The notes below the pieces were generated by a model. The model searched no databases. It saw only the letters and a program-made list of their open reading frames with translations, and was not told the origin of the DNA. Below, in pieces: positions 1-7,675 of a stretch of DNA of 42,656 nucleotides (position 1 is the stretch's first letter; each line of letters opens with the position of its first letter). Source of the stretch: Campylobacterales bacterium (GTDB lineage: Bacteria; Campylobacterota; Campylobacteria; Campylobacterales; QNZT01); the NCBI GenBank assembly GCA_027055005.1, contig JALUNR010000051.1, positions 1 through 42,656 on the forward strand, given 5' to 3'. The translations under genes and the position numbers were made by a program.

Positions 1-75
1 ATCTATCAAGTAAAAAAACCATCTGGTATATTTATATATAAAAGTACAGATAAAAAATAACTTTAAGGTTGTCTT

Positions 76-399
76 ATGAAAAAAATTGCAATATTTTTAA
101 CAATTAGTACTTTTGTATTTGCTGATGTTAATGGCAAAGATGTATTTGAAACTTACTGTTGGGGATGTCATCATCAAACCGCAGTAGCTTTTGGACCTCC
201 CTTTGAACAAATAGCATCAAAAAGAGATGCTAATCAAATAAGAGCTATGATAACAGACCCAAAAACTGTCTCAAAAGTTTTTGGATACAAAAGAAATGCT
301 ATGCCAGCTTTTAAACTAAAAGAGGATGAACTTCAAGCTATAACAAGATATATACTAAGTTATAAGCCAAAAGACACCAACCAAACAAAGGTAAAATAA
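76..399 (+). CDS. nirC: Small periplasmic monoheme cytochrome c, NirC/c55X-like
   Basis: Signal peptide, CWGCH heme motif, distal NAMP Met ligand; stop overlaps the nirJ start. Confidence 0.7.
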   Translation: MKKIAIFLTISTFVFADVNGKDVFETYCWGCHHQTAVAFGPPFEQIASKRDANQIRAMITDPKTVSKVFGYKRNAMPAFKLKEDELQAITRYILSYKPKDTNQTKVK

Positions 400-1520
400 T
401 GTTCAGACTCTCAAATCTACTCTCATCAGTAGTAAATGATAAACCAGTAAGAGAGCTAAATGGAAGCATAGCTATCTGGAACTTTACAAACAGATGTAAC
501 CTAAACTGCCTTCACTGCTACTCAAAATCAGGACTCGATGCAACTGATACTTTAAGTTTTGAAAAGATAGTAGAAACTCTACCAAAACTAAAAAAGACTG
601 GAGTAAAGTTTCTAATCTTTAGTGGTGGAGAACCATTAACAAGAAAAGATATATATGATATAGCTGATGAGTGTAAAAAACTTGGAATCATAACCTATCT
701 ATCAACAAATGGACTCTATGTTGGAAAAAACAATGCCCAAAAAATCCTAGATACTTTCAACTATATAGGTATATCTATTGATGGTGATGAAGAGAGTCAT
801 GACTACTTTAGAGGATTAAAGGGAAGTTTTAAAGAATCCCTAAAAGCAGTAGAACTACTAAACAGTTTTCATCAAACAAAAGTAGGAATAAGATTTACTA
901 TCACAAAAGATACTATAAAGGATTTAGAGTTTATTTTTAAACTAGCTGAAGAAAAAATGATACCAAAAGTATATATTTCTCACTTAGTTTATAGTGGTAG
1001 AGGGCTTGATAATCTCAAAATGGATATAACAAAACAAGAGAGAAAAAAGGCTGTTAATTTCATCATTGATAAAGCATTTTACTACTTTGAGAACAATATA
1101 GATATAGAGATAGTAACTGGAAATATGGAGGTCGATGCAATACTATTTTTAGATAGATTTTCTCAAAAATATCCTCACCTAAAAGGTGAAATGACAAAAA
1201 GATTAAAAAAATGGGGTGGGAATAGTGCCGGGAGGAAACTCTTAAATATAAATCCAGAGGGTGATGTAAAACCAGACCCTTTTTTCCCACTTACTATTGG
1301 AAATATTTTAAAAGATAATTTCCTTGATATATGGCAAGACAAACCAAGTGAGCTTTTGCTAAGATTAAGAGAACATCCAAGAAAACTAAAAGGTATATGC
1401 CAAAATTGTGAATATTTGGATATTTGCAACGGTGGAAGTAGAAGCAGAGCAAATGCAATACATGAAGACCTTTGGGAGAGTGATCCTAGTTGTTATATAA
1501 AGGGAGAAAATAATGGGTAA
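399..1520 (+). CDS. nirJ: Radical SAM heme d1 biosynthesis protein NirJ
   Basis: MFRLS N-terminus, CNLNCLHC SAM cluster motif, SGGEP, HLVYSGRG, WGGNSAG, C-terminal CxxC-x5-C...DPSC auxiliary cluster; next to cytochrome c and SUMT genes. Confidence 0.85.
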   Translation: MFRLSNLLSSVVNDKPVRELNGSIAIWNFTNRCNLNCLHCYSKSGLDATDTLSFEKIVETLPKLKKTGVKFLIFSGGEPLTRKDIYDIADECKKLGIITYLSTNGLYVGKNNAQKILDTFNYIGISIDGDEESHDYFRGLKGSFKESLKAVELLNSFHQTKVGIRFTITKDTIKDLEFIFKLAEEKMIPKVYISHLVYSGRGLDNLKMDITKQERKKAVNFIIDKAFYYFENNIDIEIVTGNMEVDAILFLDRFSQKYPHLKGEMTKRLKKWGGNSAGRKLLNINPEGDVKPDPFFPLTIGNILKDNFLDIWQDKPSELLLRLREHPRKLKGICQNCEYLDICNGGSRSRANAIHEDLWESDPSCYIKGENNG

Positions 1521-2247
1521 AGTCTATCTAACAGGAGCAGGACCTGGAGATATAGAACTACTAACAGTAAAAGCTTTAAAAGTAGTACAAAAGGCTGATG
1601 TTATCATTTATGATAGATTAGCAAATCCTGAGATATTAAAAGAAGCAAAAGATGGATGTGAATTTGTTTTTGTAGGTAAAGAGGATTCTCACCATACCTT
1701 GCCTCAAGAAGAAATAAATGAAGTTATATATCAAAATGCCCTAAAATACGAAACAGTAGTAAGACTAAAGGGTGGAGATCCTTTTGTATTTGGGAGAGGT
1801 GGAGAAGAAGGCTTATATTTAAAAGAAAGAAATATAAGATTTGACTTTATTCCTGGTGTTACTTCAGCTATTGCTGTTCCAGAATATGCTGGTATCCCTG
1901 TAACTCATCGAGGCGTAACAGTATCATTTAGAGTAGTAACTGGACATGAAAATCCTAAAAAAGAAAAGTCACAAATCCCATGGGGAAACTATAAAAGTGA
2001 TGATACTATTATATTTTTGATGGGTCTTCATCGTCTAAAATTTATAACAAAAAAACTCATTGAGATTGGAAAACCAAAAGATTATCCAGTAGCTGTTATA
2101 AGTAAAGGCACTACAAAAGATGAAAAAACTGTTATAGGAACTCTAAGTGACATTTATGAAAAAGCAAAAGATTTGCCAACTCCTGCTCTTATAGTAGTGG
2201 GAGAAGTTGTAAAACTTCATGATAAACTAAGTTGGTGGGAAAAATAA
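1513..2247 (+). CDS. cobA: Uroporphyrinogen-III C-methyltransferase (CobA/SUMT; NirE role by context)
   Basis: GAGPGD, YDRL, RLKGGDPFVFGRGGEE, PGVTSA, GIPVTHRG motifs. Confidence 0.93.
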   Translation: MGKVYLTGAGPGDIELLTVKALKVVQKADVIIYDRLANPEILKEAKDGCEFVFVGKEDSHHTLPQEEINEVIYQNALKYETVVRLKGGDPFVFGRGGEEGLYLKERNIRFDFIPGVTSAIAVPEYAGIPVTHRGVTVSFRVVTGHENPKKEKSQIPWGNYKSDDTIIFLMGLHRLKFITKKLIEIGKPKDYPVAVISKGTTKDEKTVIGTLSDIYEKAKDLPTPALIVVGEVVKLHDKLSWWEK

Positions 2248-2287
2248 GCAAATTTAGATATAATTATATAAAAGATAAGGAACAGTT

Positions 2288-2596
2288 ATGTTAAAGTTTG
2301 CCATATTTTTTTCTTTAGTTGTTTTCCTATGTGCTAAAGATACTAATAATACTAAAGTACTCATAAAAGATACTAATGTCACAAAAAAGACAACCTCTAA
2401 TCTTTCTAAAAATAAACTACTACAAAAACACTTAAAAGAACAAATGAAAAGAGAAGCCAAATATGCTAAAGAAAAAATGTTCTACAAGGGAAAAGATTAT
2501 AACTTAACTGAACATCAAGTAGATCCAAACTCACTTAAAAAGATAAAACCCATTGAACCTGAATACGATTTTGATATGGATCATGTTTATGATTGA
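2288..2596 (+). CDS. Hypothetical exported protein
   Basis: AAGGA RBS, hydrophobic signal peptide, Lys-rich middle, acidic/aromatic C-terminus. Confidence 0.7.
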   Translation: MLKFAIFFSLVVFLCAKDTNNTKVLIKDTNVTKKTTSNLSKNKLLQKHLKEQMKREAKYAKEKMFYKGKDYNLTEHQVDPNSLKKIKPIEPEYDFDMDHVYD

Positions 2597-3072
2597 TTTT
2601 TAGATTCCTTAAAAAGTTTTTTGAAATCATTTTTTTCCTCAAAAGTTTTAAAAGCACCTTCTGGTATAAAATAATGATTTGGATACTTAATTATCAAAAT
2701 TCCACTGCCTACATCTACTAAGTTTTCTATTTCATTCCATTTCCAAAACAGATTATCATGAAAGAATTTTATACCCTCACTATCCACAAGTAAAGATATA
2801 TCTTTTTCACCTTCAAGATTTTTTAAAAACCTTCTCTTAGCTATTATTTTTTTACCATAATACCAATAAAACAGCATGACAGTTGCAAAAATTAATACAG
2901 CTACTTTAGCTTTTAAAAGTGCACCAACTATACCATATTGCAAAATAGCAATAAAAAACCAACCTATATACTTTTTTGCACTATGATTAAATTCATATTT
3001 ATAAAGTTCATCAAAACTATTTTTTGCTACTTCTTTATCCCATACAAAATCTAATTTTAACTCTTTAGACAT
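2587..3072 (-). CDS. Two-TM membrane protein, YcxB-like
   Basis: Two TM helices followed by a W.EI...YFIPE.AF...EE...F C-terminal pattern; start moved to ATG 3072, which overlaps the end of the upstream gene (track start 3093). Confidence 0.6.
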   Translation of the reverse strand: MSKELKLDFVWDKEVAKNSFDELYKYEFNHSAKKYIGWFFIAILQYGIVGALLKAKVAVLIFATVMLFYWYYGKKIIAKRRFLKNLEGEKDISLLVDSEGIKFFHDNLFWKWNEIENLVDVGSGILIIKYPNHYFIPEGAFKTFEEKNDFKKLFKESKNQS

Positions 3073-3670
3073 GTTCTTCATTTTCCTCTTCATAAATATC
3101 TTCTCTACATATCACTTTTTCTCTCTCCAAGTCATCTAAAAGAATTTTAGTTTCATCATATAACTTATAGAAAATTTTTGAGTTTTTATTGAAAAGTTTT
3201 TTTTGTTTTTTTGCATATAACCAAGCAAATAAAATAGAACTTGCAAAAACAGCATATATCCATAATTGCCACTCTTTTAAATCCAATAAAACTATAAAAT
3301 ACTGTACAGAAAAAAGTACAAAAAACTCTATTGAAAAGATTATTACTAAAACTGAACTATGTTCAAAATCTAGTGTATATTTTTCTATATCTTTCATCTT
3401 TGCAAGATTGTTATTTATTTTTTCTACTTTTTTATGATAAGCATCATTTATCAAAGATTTATCTATTTTATCTATATGAATATTACTTAAATTATACTCA
3501 ACATTTAACTGCTTATACTCTTCTAAAATCTCTGGATTATCTTTCATAATTTTAAGTATTTCTTCAACACTTAACCTATTTTTACCAGCTAATTTTTCAG
3601 CATCCTGGAGGATTAAATTATAAAGACCCACCTCTTTAATCTCTCTTGCAACTCTTTTTAGATTTGTCAA
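3065..3670 (-). CDS. Hypothetical membrane protein (two TM helices)
   Basis: 201-aa ORF with TTG start and AGGAAG RBS; hydrophobic hairpin at residues ~107-153. Confidence 0.75.
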   Translation of the reverse strand: MTNLKRVAREIKEVGLYNLILQDAEKLAGKNRLSVEEILKIMKDNPEILEEYKQLNVEYNLSNIHIDKIDKSLINDAYHKKVEKINNNLAKMKDIEKYTLDFEHSSVLVIIFSIEFFVLFSVQYFIVLLDLKEWQLWIYAVFASSILFAWLYAKKQKKLFNKNSKIFYKLYDETKILLDDLEREKVICREDIYEEENEEHV

Positions 3671-3695
3671 TATTACTTCCTGATTTTTTATAATA

Positions 3696-3729
3696 CTAAG
3701 ATTACACCTTCAAAGAGATGTAACCTTAG
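3696..3729 (-). terminator. 14-bp stem-loop downstream of the atypical heme-copper oxidase (terminator or stabilising hairpin)
   Basis: Minus strand CTAAGGTTACATCT-CTTTGA-AGGTGTAATCTTAG pairs with two G-U pairs; the following U-tract is weak. Confidence 0.55.
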
Positions 3730-3740
3730 ATTTAGTAGTT

Positions 3741-5414
3741 TTATGCTTTGTGATTTTCAGCTATAGTTTCTGGTTCTATACCATAACTTGCTGTTTTATC
3801 TTCTGCAGGTAAAAATATACCTATAAGACCTTTAATTCCTACTGACATTACTATATTGTATAAAAATATAAACCAAGCTATAAGTACCATACTTCCACAA
3901 ATAGCAGCATATATCATAAGTGGATTAAATTCACCATGAATATATAAGTGTCTTCTAAGCATTCCATCAAGTCCTGCCATACCACCAAATGCACCCATTC
4001 CAATACCACCTATTAGATATAACCAAAAGTGAGCATTTGAAAGTTTTTTAGAATACATCTCAGTATTATTTGTAACAATTGGCCATAGTACATATACAGC
4101 ACTATAAAGTGTCATATAAAGTCCAACTATTAAAGCTATATGAACATGCGCCATAATAATCCATTGAGTATTATGTAAAACTCTATTCATACCCATATCT
4201 GCTTGAATAATAGCAGCTGGAACTGCTAAACCAAACCCAACAAGTCCACCAAGAAGGTATTTTAACTCCATAGTCATTTTAAGTGGTCTAGCTTTCCATA
4301 GAGTAACTAAAGTGATAAATAGTGCAAGTCCTTGAGTTAGAAGCTCAAATGCTGTAACCATCTCTCCACTTATTAGTTTCATCATCTCAGGTTGTCCTTG
4401 ATCAGCTAAAAGGTGATGAGACCAAACCATCCAAGAAACTAAAAGTTCAAGCATTAAGGCAGCTCTTGCAACATTTTCCATAAATAGTTTTTGACCTGTT
4501 ATCAAAGTAGCTAACAAATACCAAGAACCAGCAACATATATAAGAACAAGACCGTCAGCAACTAGATCAAGTCCCCACCAAAAGTAGTTTTTATATAAAA
4601 GAGAATCAATAACTGTTACATCAAGAGCATGTCCACTAGCATCAAAAACTAAATACACAAGTACTAAAACACCTGCACTTAAAATAACTATCGCATCCAA
4701 GAAAGTATCAACTGTACCTCTAAAAATAGCAACAACAGGAAGAGAAAGTGCTGGTTCTTTTGTATAAGGCGGCTTACCTGCAAGTTTATGTAAAAGATTT
4801 AACATACCATCTATACCAAAACCACTTATCAAAAGCTCTTTTGTGGTTTTATTTTTATGAACACCAACTCTTTGAAATATAGTCGCATAAATATTATATA
4901 TAAAGCCAAGTGTTCCAAGCATAATCAAAGCAACACCTATTATAAATACAATACCACCAACAACACTAAACTGTTTAGTATCAGCAGGAAGTGGCCAATA
5001 TAAAGTATATAATGGAGCATATTGCCATACAAAAGCTGCTATCCAAGCCATAGCAGTACCTACTGTTATAAGTATCCAAACTATATTTGCCAACTTTACA
5101 CTATAAAGAGGTTTTTTAGTCAAAAATGGAACTAAAAACATAAAAGCACCAAAAACCAACTGATATGTAGAACCAAAAATACCTACTATTGGGTGAACAG
5201 TCATAATAGAAAAATAATGTTTAGGATGATTAAACATCTCTGGTAGAGGATTAACTGGACCAGTTTGCACCATTTTCATTATCATACCTTCAATAGCAAC
5301 TAATCCAAAAAATAAAAAACTCATTACAACTGCACGCAGTGTTACTTTTTGCAATGCATTTAAGCTTTTATGATCAAAATTTGTACCATTTATTAGATTT
5401 TTTGTAAAACTCAT
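3741..5414 (-). CDS. Heme-copper oxidase superfamily subunit I, gNOR-type putative nitric oxide reductase
   Basis: Multi-TM protein with H74 (helix II), WSHH333-334, HVH423-425 and GMLRR; helix VI reads YFWWGLDLVADG instead of HPEVY or HLWVE. Confidence 0.85.
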   Translation of the reverse strand: MSFTKNLINGTNFDHKSLNALQKVTLRAVVMSFLFFGLVAIEGMIMKMVQTGPVNPLPEMFNHPKHYFSIMTVHPIVGIFGSTYQLVFGAFMFLVPFLTKKPLYSVKLANIVWILITVGTAMAWIAAFVWQYAPLYTLYWPLPADTKQFSVVGGIVFIIGVALIMLGTLGFIYNIYATIFQRVGVHKNKTTKELLISGFGIDGMLNLLHKLAGKPPYTKEPALSLPVVAIFRGTVDTFLDAIVILSAGVLVLVYLVFDASGHALDVTVIDSLLYKNYFWWGLDLVADGLVLIYVAGSWYLLATLITGQKLFMENVARAALMLELLVSWMVWSHHLLADQGQPEMMKLISGEMVTAFELLTQGLALFITLVTLWKARPLKMTMELKYLLGGLVGFGLAVPAAIIQADMGMNRVLHNTQWIIMAHVHIALIVGLYMTLYSAVYVLWPIVTNNTEMYSKKLSNAHFWLYLIGGIGMGAFGGMAGLDGMLRRHLYIHGEFNPLMIYAAICGSMVLIAWFIFLYNIVMSVGIKGLIGIFLPAEDKTASYGIEPETIAENHKA

Positions 5415-6025
5415 TTATTACCTCCATCTTTACATCCAACTACTTCAACGAAATCTTTAACTTGCATTAAATCTTTTCCATCCTCACTATATTGAGCTGG
5501 TCCAGAATACTCAGTAGATGTCATATCAAAAACTCCATTATGATTAAATGTCCATAACATTACATTTTTATCCAAAATACTAGTAACATCAGTACCAGGA
5601 TTTACTTGCATTTGAGTTACAAGCGAACCATCTTTTCTAAATAAACCAAATCCATAAACTAAATCTTCACTTCTAATATCAAACTTGATTGTTTGACCAC
5701 ATTGGATAGTGATTTTTTTAGGAATTCCTACCCATTTATGATCTTTAATCTTAAAGCTATATGAAGCATCAGGTTTAATATGATCTCTTGAAATATCTTG
5801 AGATACCCAAGGTATACTATTATATGTAAATATATGATGTCCTACACCACCTGCAACTAAAAATGCAATATAACCATAAAATGGTATTCGCACAACTGAC
5901 TTAACCTTTTCTTTTCTTGTTAAGTTATAACCAAACCATGCAACAATAGATATAATCATCACTGCATAGATGGTATAAGCAACTTCGTGAAAAGCCAACA
6001 ACTCAATAGAGCTCTTAAATGTCAT
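5411..6025 (-). CDS. Heme-copper oxidase subunit II homolog lacking CuA ligands
   Basis: Two N-terminal TM helices plus a cupredoxin-like domain (SEDLVYGFG, MQVNPG, STEYSGP); ATGA overlap with subunit I; AAGGAG RBS. Confidence 0.85.
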   Translation of the reverse strand: MTFKSSIELLAFHEVAYTIYAVMIISIVAWFGYNLTRKEKVKSVVRIPFYGYIAFLVAGGVGHHIFTYNSIPWVSQDISRDHIKPDASYSFKIKDHKWVGIPKKITIQCGQTIKFDIRSEDLVYGFGLFRKDGSLVTQMQVNPGTDVTSILDKNVMLWTFNHNGVFDMTSTEYSGPAQYSEDGKDLMQVKDFVEVVGCKDGGNK

Positions 6026-6084
6026 CTTTTTCTCCTTATAATTAAAATAACTATGTATTATAAGATAAAAAATAATTTTTTTAC

Positions 6085-6098
6085 TTGATTTATATCAA
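6085..6098 (-). promoter_or_regulatory. Fnr/Dnr/Nss-type box of the atypical NOR promoter (-10 TATAAT at 6062-6057)
   Basis: Perfect TTGAT-ATAA-ATCAA read on the minus strand, 22 nt from TATAAT, matching class II geometry. Confidence 0.85.
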
Positions 6099-6153
6099 CA
6101 AGAAATAGTTTTAGTGTTTATTTTTTAGACATTAAAACATCAAGCATTTTCTA

Positions 6154-6339
6154 TTAAAAAAATTTTAAAAAGATACCTATAAATAAAGACAACAATACTG
6201 TTATAGCTAAAACAATGCTATTATATATTTTTGAAGAAAAATTAAAGTTTTCAAACAATAATTCTGTAATTTTTATAGCAGGAAATATCATAAAAAATAA
6301 CATAACAACAGCAAATACAAGTGTTAAAACTATATTCAT
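6154..6339 (-). CDS. Small two-TM membrane protein
   Basis: 61 aa, almost entirely hydrophobic; ATG overlaps the stop of 6339..6710. Confidence 0.7.
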   Translation of the reverse strand: MNIVLTLVFAVVMLFFMIFPAIKITELLFENFNFSSKIYNSIVLAITVLLSLFIGIFLKFF

Positions 6340-6710
6340 TATTTTATGCCATAATAATTTTTTAAAAAATTCAATTCTTTATCATCTTTTATTTTTATAC
6401 TTTGAAAAACTTTATTACCATCAAATATAATTAATTTTTTATTAGCAATTTTTAAATGAGCTTTGCCCCATTTTTTTTGTAATCTATCCATATCATGAAA
6501 AACTTCCATATTTGATGGTTTTTCTTTAAAATTTTTATCATTTTTACTTTTTATGACAAGTCCACCTAAACTTTTTTCAAAATAATATGGAGAATATTTT
6601 TTTATTTTTAAATATATTTTATTTTTATTCTCACCTTTAGAATTTATAAAAGCGCTATAAGATATGAGAAAAAAAGCAACTATTAAGGCAAAAGGCAAAT
6701 ACTTATTCAT
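6339..6710 (-). CDS. Hypothetical membrane-anchored/periplasmic basic protein
   Basis: AAGGA RBS, N-terminal hydrophobic helix, 123 aa. Confidence 0.75.
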   Translation of the reverse strand: MNKYLPFALIVAFFLISYSAFINSKGENKNKIYLKIKKYSPYYFEKSLGGLVIKSKNDKNFKEKPSNMEVFHDMDRLQKKWGKAHLKIANKKLIIFDGNKVFQSIKIKDDKELNFLKNYYGIK

Positions 6711-6765
6711 TTTAATTCCTTATATTAATCTTTCTTTAGGATATAAAAATTTTATAAAAATAACA

Positions 6766-6779
6766 TTGATAAATATCAA
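6766..6779. promoter_or_regulatory. Fnr/Dnr/Nss-type box between divergent genes
   Basis: Perfect TTGAT-AAAT-ATCAA; 22 nt to TAGCAT (6802-6807, preceded by TGn) on + and 22 nt to TATCCT (6743-6738) on -. Confidence 0.8.
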
Positions 6780-6824
6780 CCAATTAATAAAAAAGATTTG
6801 TTAGCATAACAAAAAGGAGATAGG

Positions 6825-7190
6825 ATGAAAGAATTTTTTATTTTAGAAGGTGCATATTTAATATTGGCTTTTTTGATACTTTTAGTAACACTATTTGTTA
6901 CAACAAGACCTTTTATGAGCAAAAAAGCCCCCAAAAAAGGACTTATATCTGTTGGGTTAGTATTGGCTTTTTTCATCTTTTTACACTTTTACTTGACAAC
7001 AAACAGAATAAATAGCGTAAAAAAAGCTTTTTTAAATGGAGAAAAAATTATTTGTGAAAGCAGAGCTAATACTAAAGCTGCACAATCAATAATAATAAAA
7101 AAAGATTTTGGATGGTCAATAAAAGGTGATTATTTTATATCTCCAAACTATATTAGAGACTTTCATATAGCTAGATGTATAATATATTAA
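6825..7190 (+). CDS. Hypothetical membrane protein (two TM helices plus a small domain with two Cys)
   Basis: AAGGAG RBS; two hydrophobic helices; IICES and IARC cysteines. Confidence 0.78.
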   Translation: MKEFFILEGAYLILAFLILLVTLFVTTRPFMSKKAPKKGLISVGLVLAFFIFLHFYLTTNRINSVKKAFLNGEKIICESRANTKAAQSIIIKKDFGWSIKGDYFISPNYIRDFHIARCIIY

Positions 7191-7192
7191 AA

Positions 7193-7228
7193 TTACTTAT
7201 ACTTATTATCATAATAACTTATAAGTAA
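7193..7228. repeat. Nested inverted repeat next to the nor promoter box
   Basis: TTACTTATA-C-TTATTAT-C-ATAATAA-CT-TATAAGTAA: 9-bp outer arms and 7-1-7 core. Confidence 0.6.
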
Positions 7229-7230
7229 AA

Positions 7231-7244
7231 TTGATATAAATCAA
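7231..7244 (+). promoter_or_regulatory. Fnr/Dnr/Nss-type box of the norCB operon promoter (-10 TATAAT at 7267-7272)
   Basis: Perfect TTGAT-ATAA-ATCAA, 22 nt from TATAAT. Confidence 0.85.
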
Positions 7245-7310
7245 TACTATTTCCCCAATGTTACTATATAATTTTATTGCTAATATAAAATATGTAACTA
7301 AAGGATTAAA

Positions 7311-7649
7311 ATGGAACAAATTGTTGTATGGCATAACATAGCACCATCTGAGTTTTTAAGGATCTTTGTTGTGTCCACTCTTGTTCTAGTTTTTGGAGTA
7401 GGATATGCTGGTACCATAACCCTCTCTAAAATGCAATACTTTTCCAAAAAGTGGCAAATCCTCGGTTATATATTTTGGGCACTACAAACATACTGCTTAT
7501 ATGATATGTCCATTTTAATCCAAAGTAGCCATTTTACCACAAAAGTTTTAATGGTTACTATGATTGTTTATCTCTTTGTACCTCATCTATACTTCTATCT
7601 AATAGATGAAAGTGAAAAGAGATATGAAAAAAATGGCCATCCTCATTAA
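7311..7649 (+). CDS. Small three-TM membrane protein leading the norCB operon
   Basis: AAGGA RBS, three hydrophobic segments, ends 26 nt before norC. Confidence 0.78.
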   Translation: MEQIVVWHNIAPSEFLRIFVVSTLVLVFGVGYAGTITLSKMQYFSKKWQILGYIFWALQTYCLYDMSILIQSSHFTTKVLMVTMIVYLFVPHLYFYLIDESEKRYEKNGHPH

Positions 7650-7675
7650 AAGTAGTAAAATTTTAAGGAGGAAGT

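Noticed and set aside
3741-6025. Calling the pair an ordinary ba3/cbb3 cytochrome c oxidase or a decayed pseudogene
   Set aside because: No helix VI His/Tyr, no CuA and no ccoO/ccoP. Both frames are intact and coupled, with a strong RBS and promoter, and the substitutions are targeted rather than random decay
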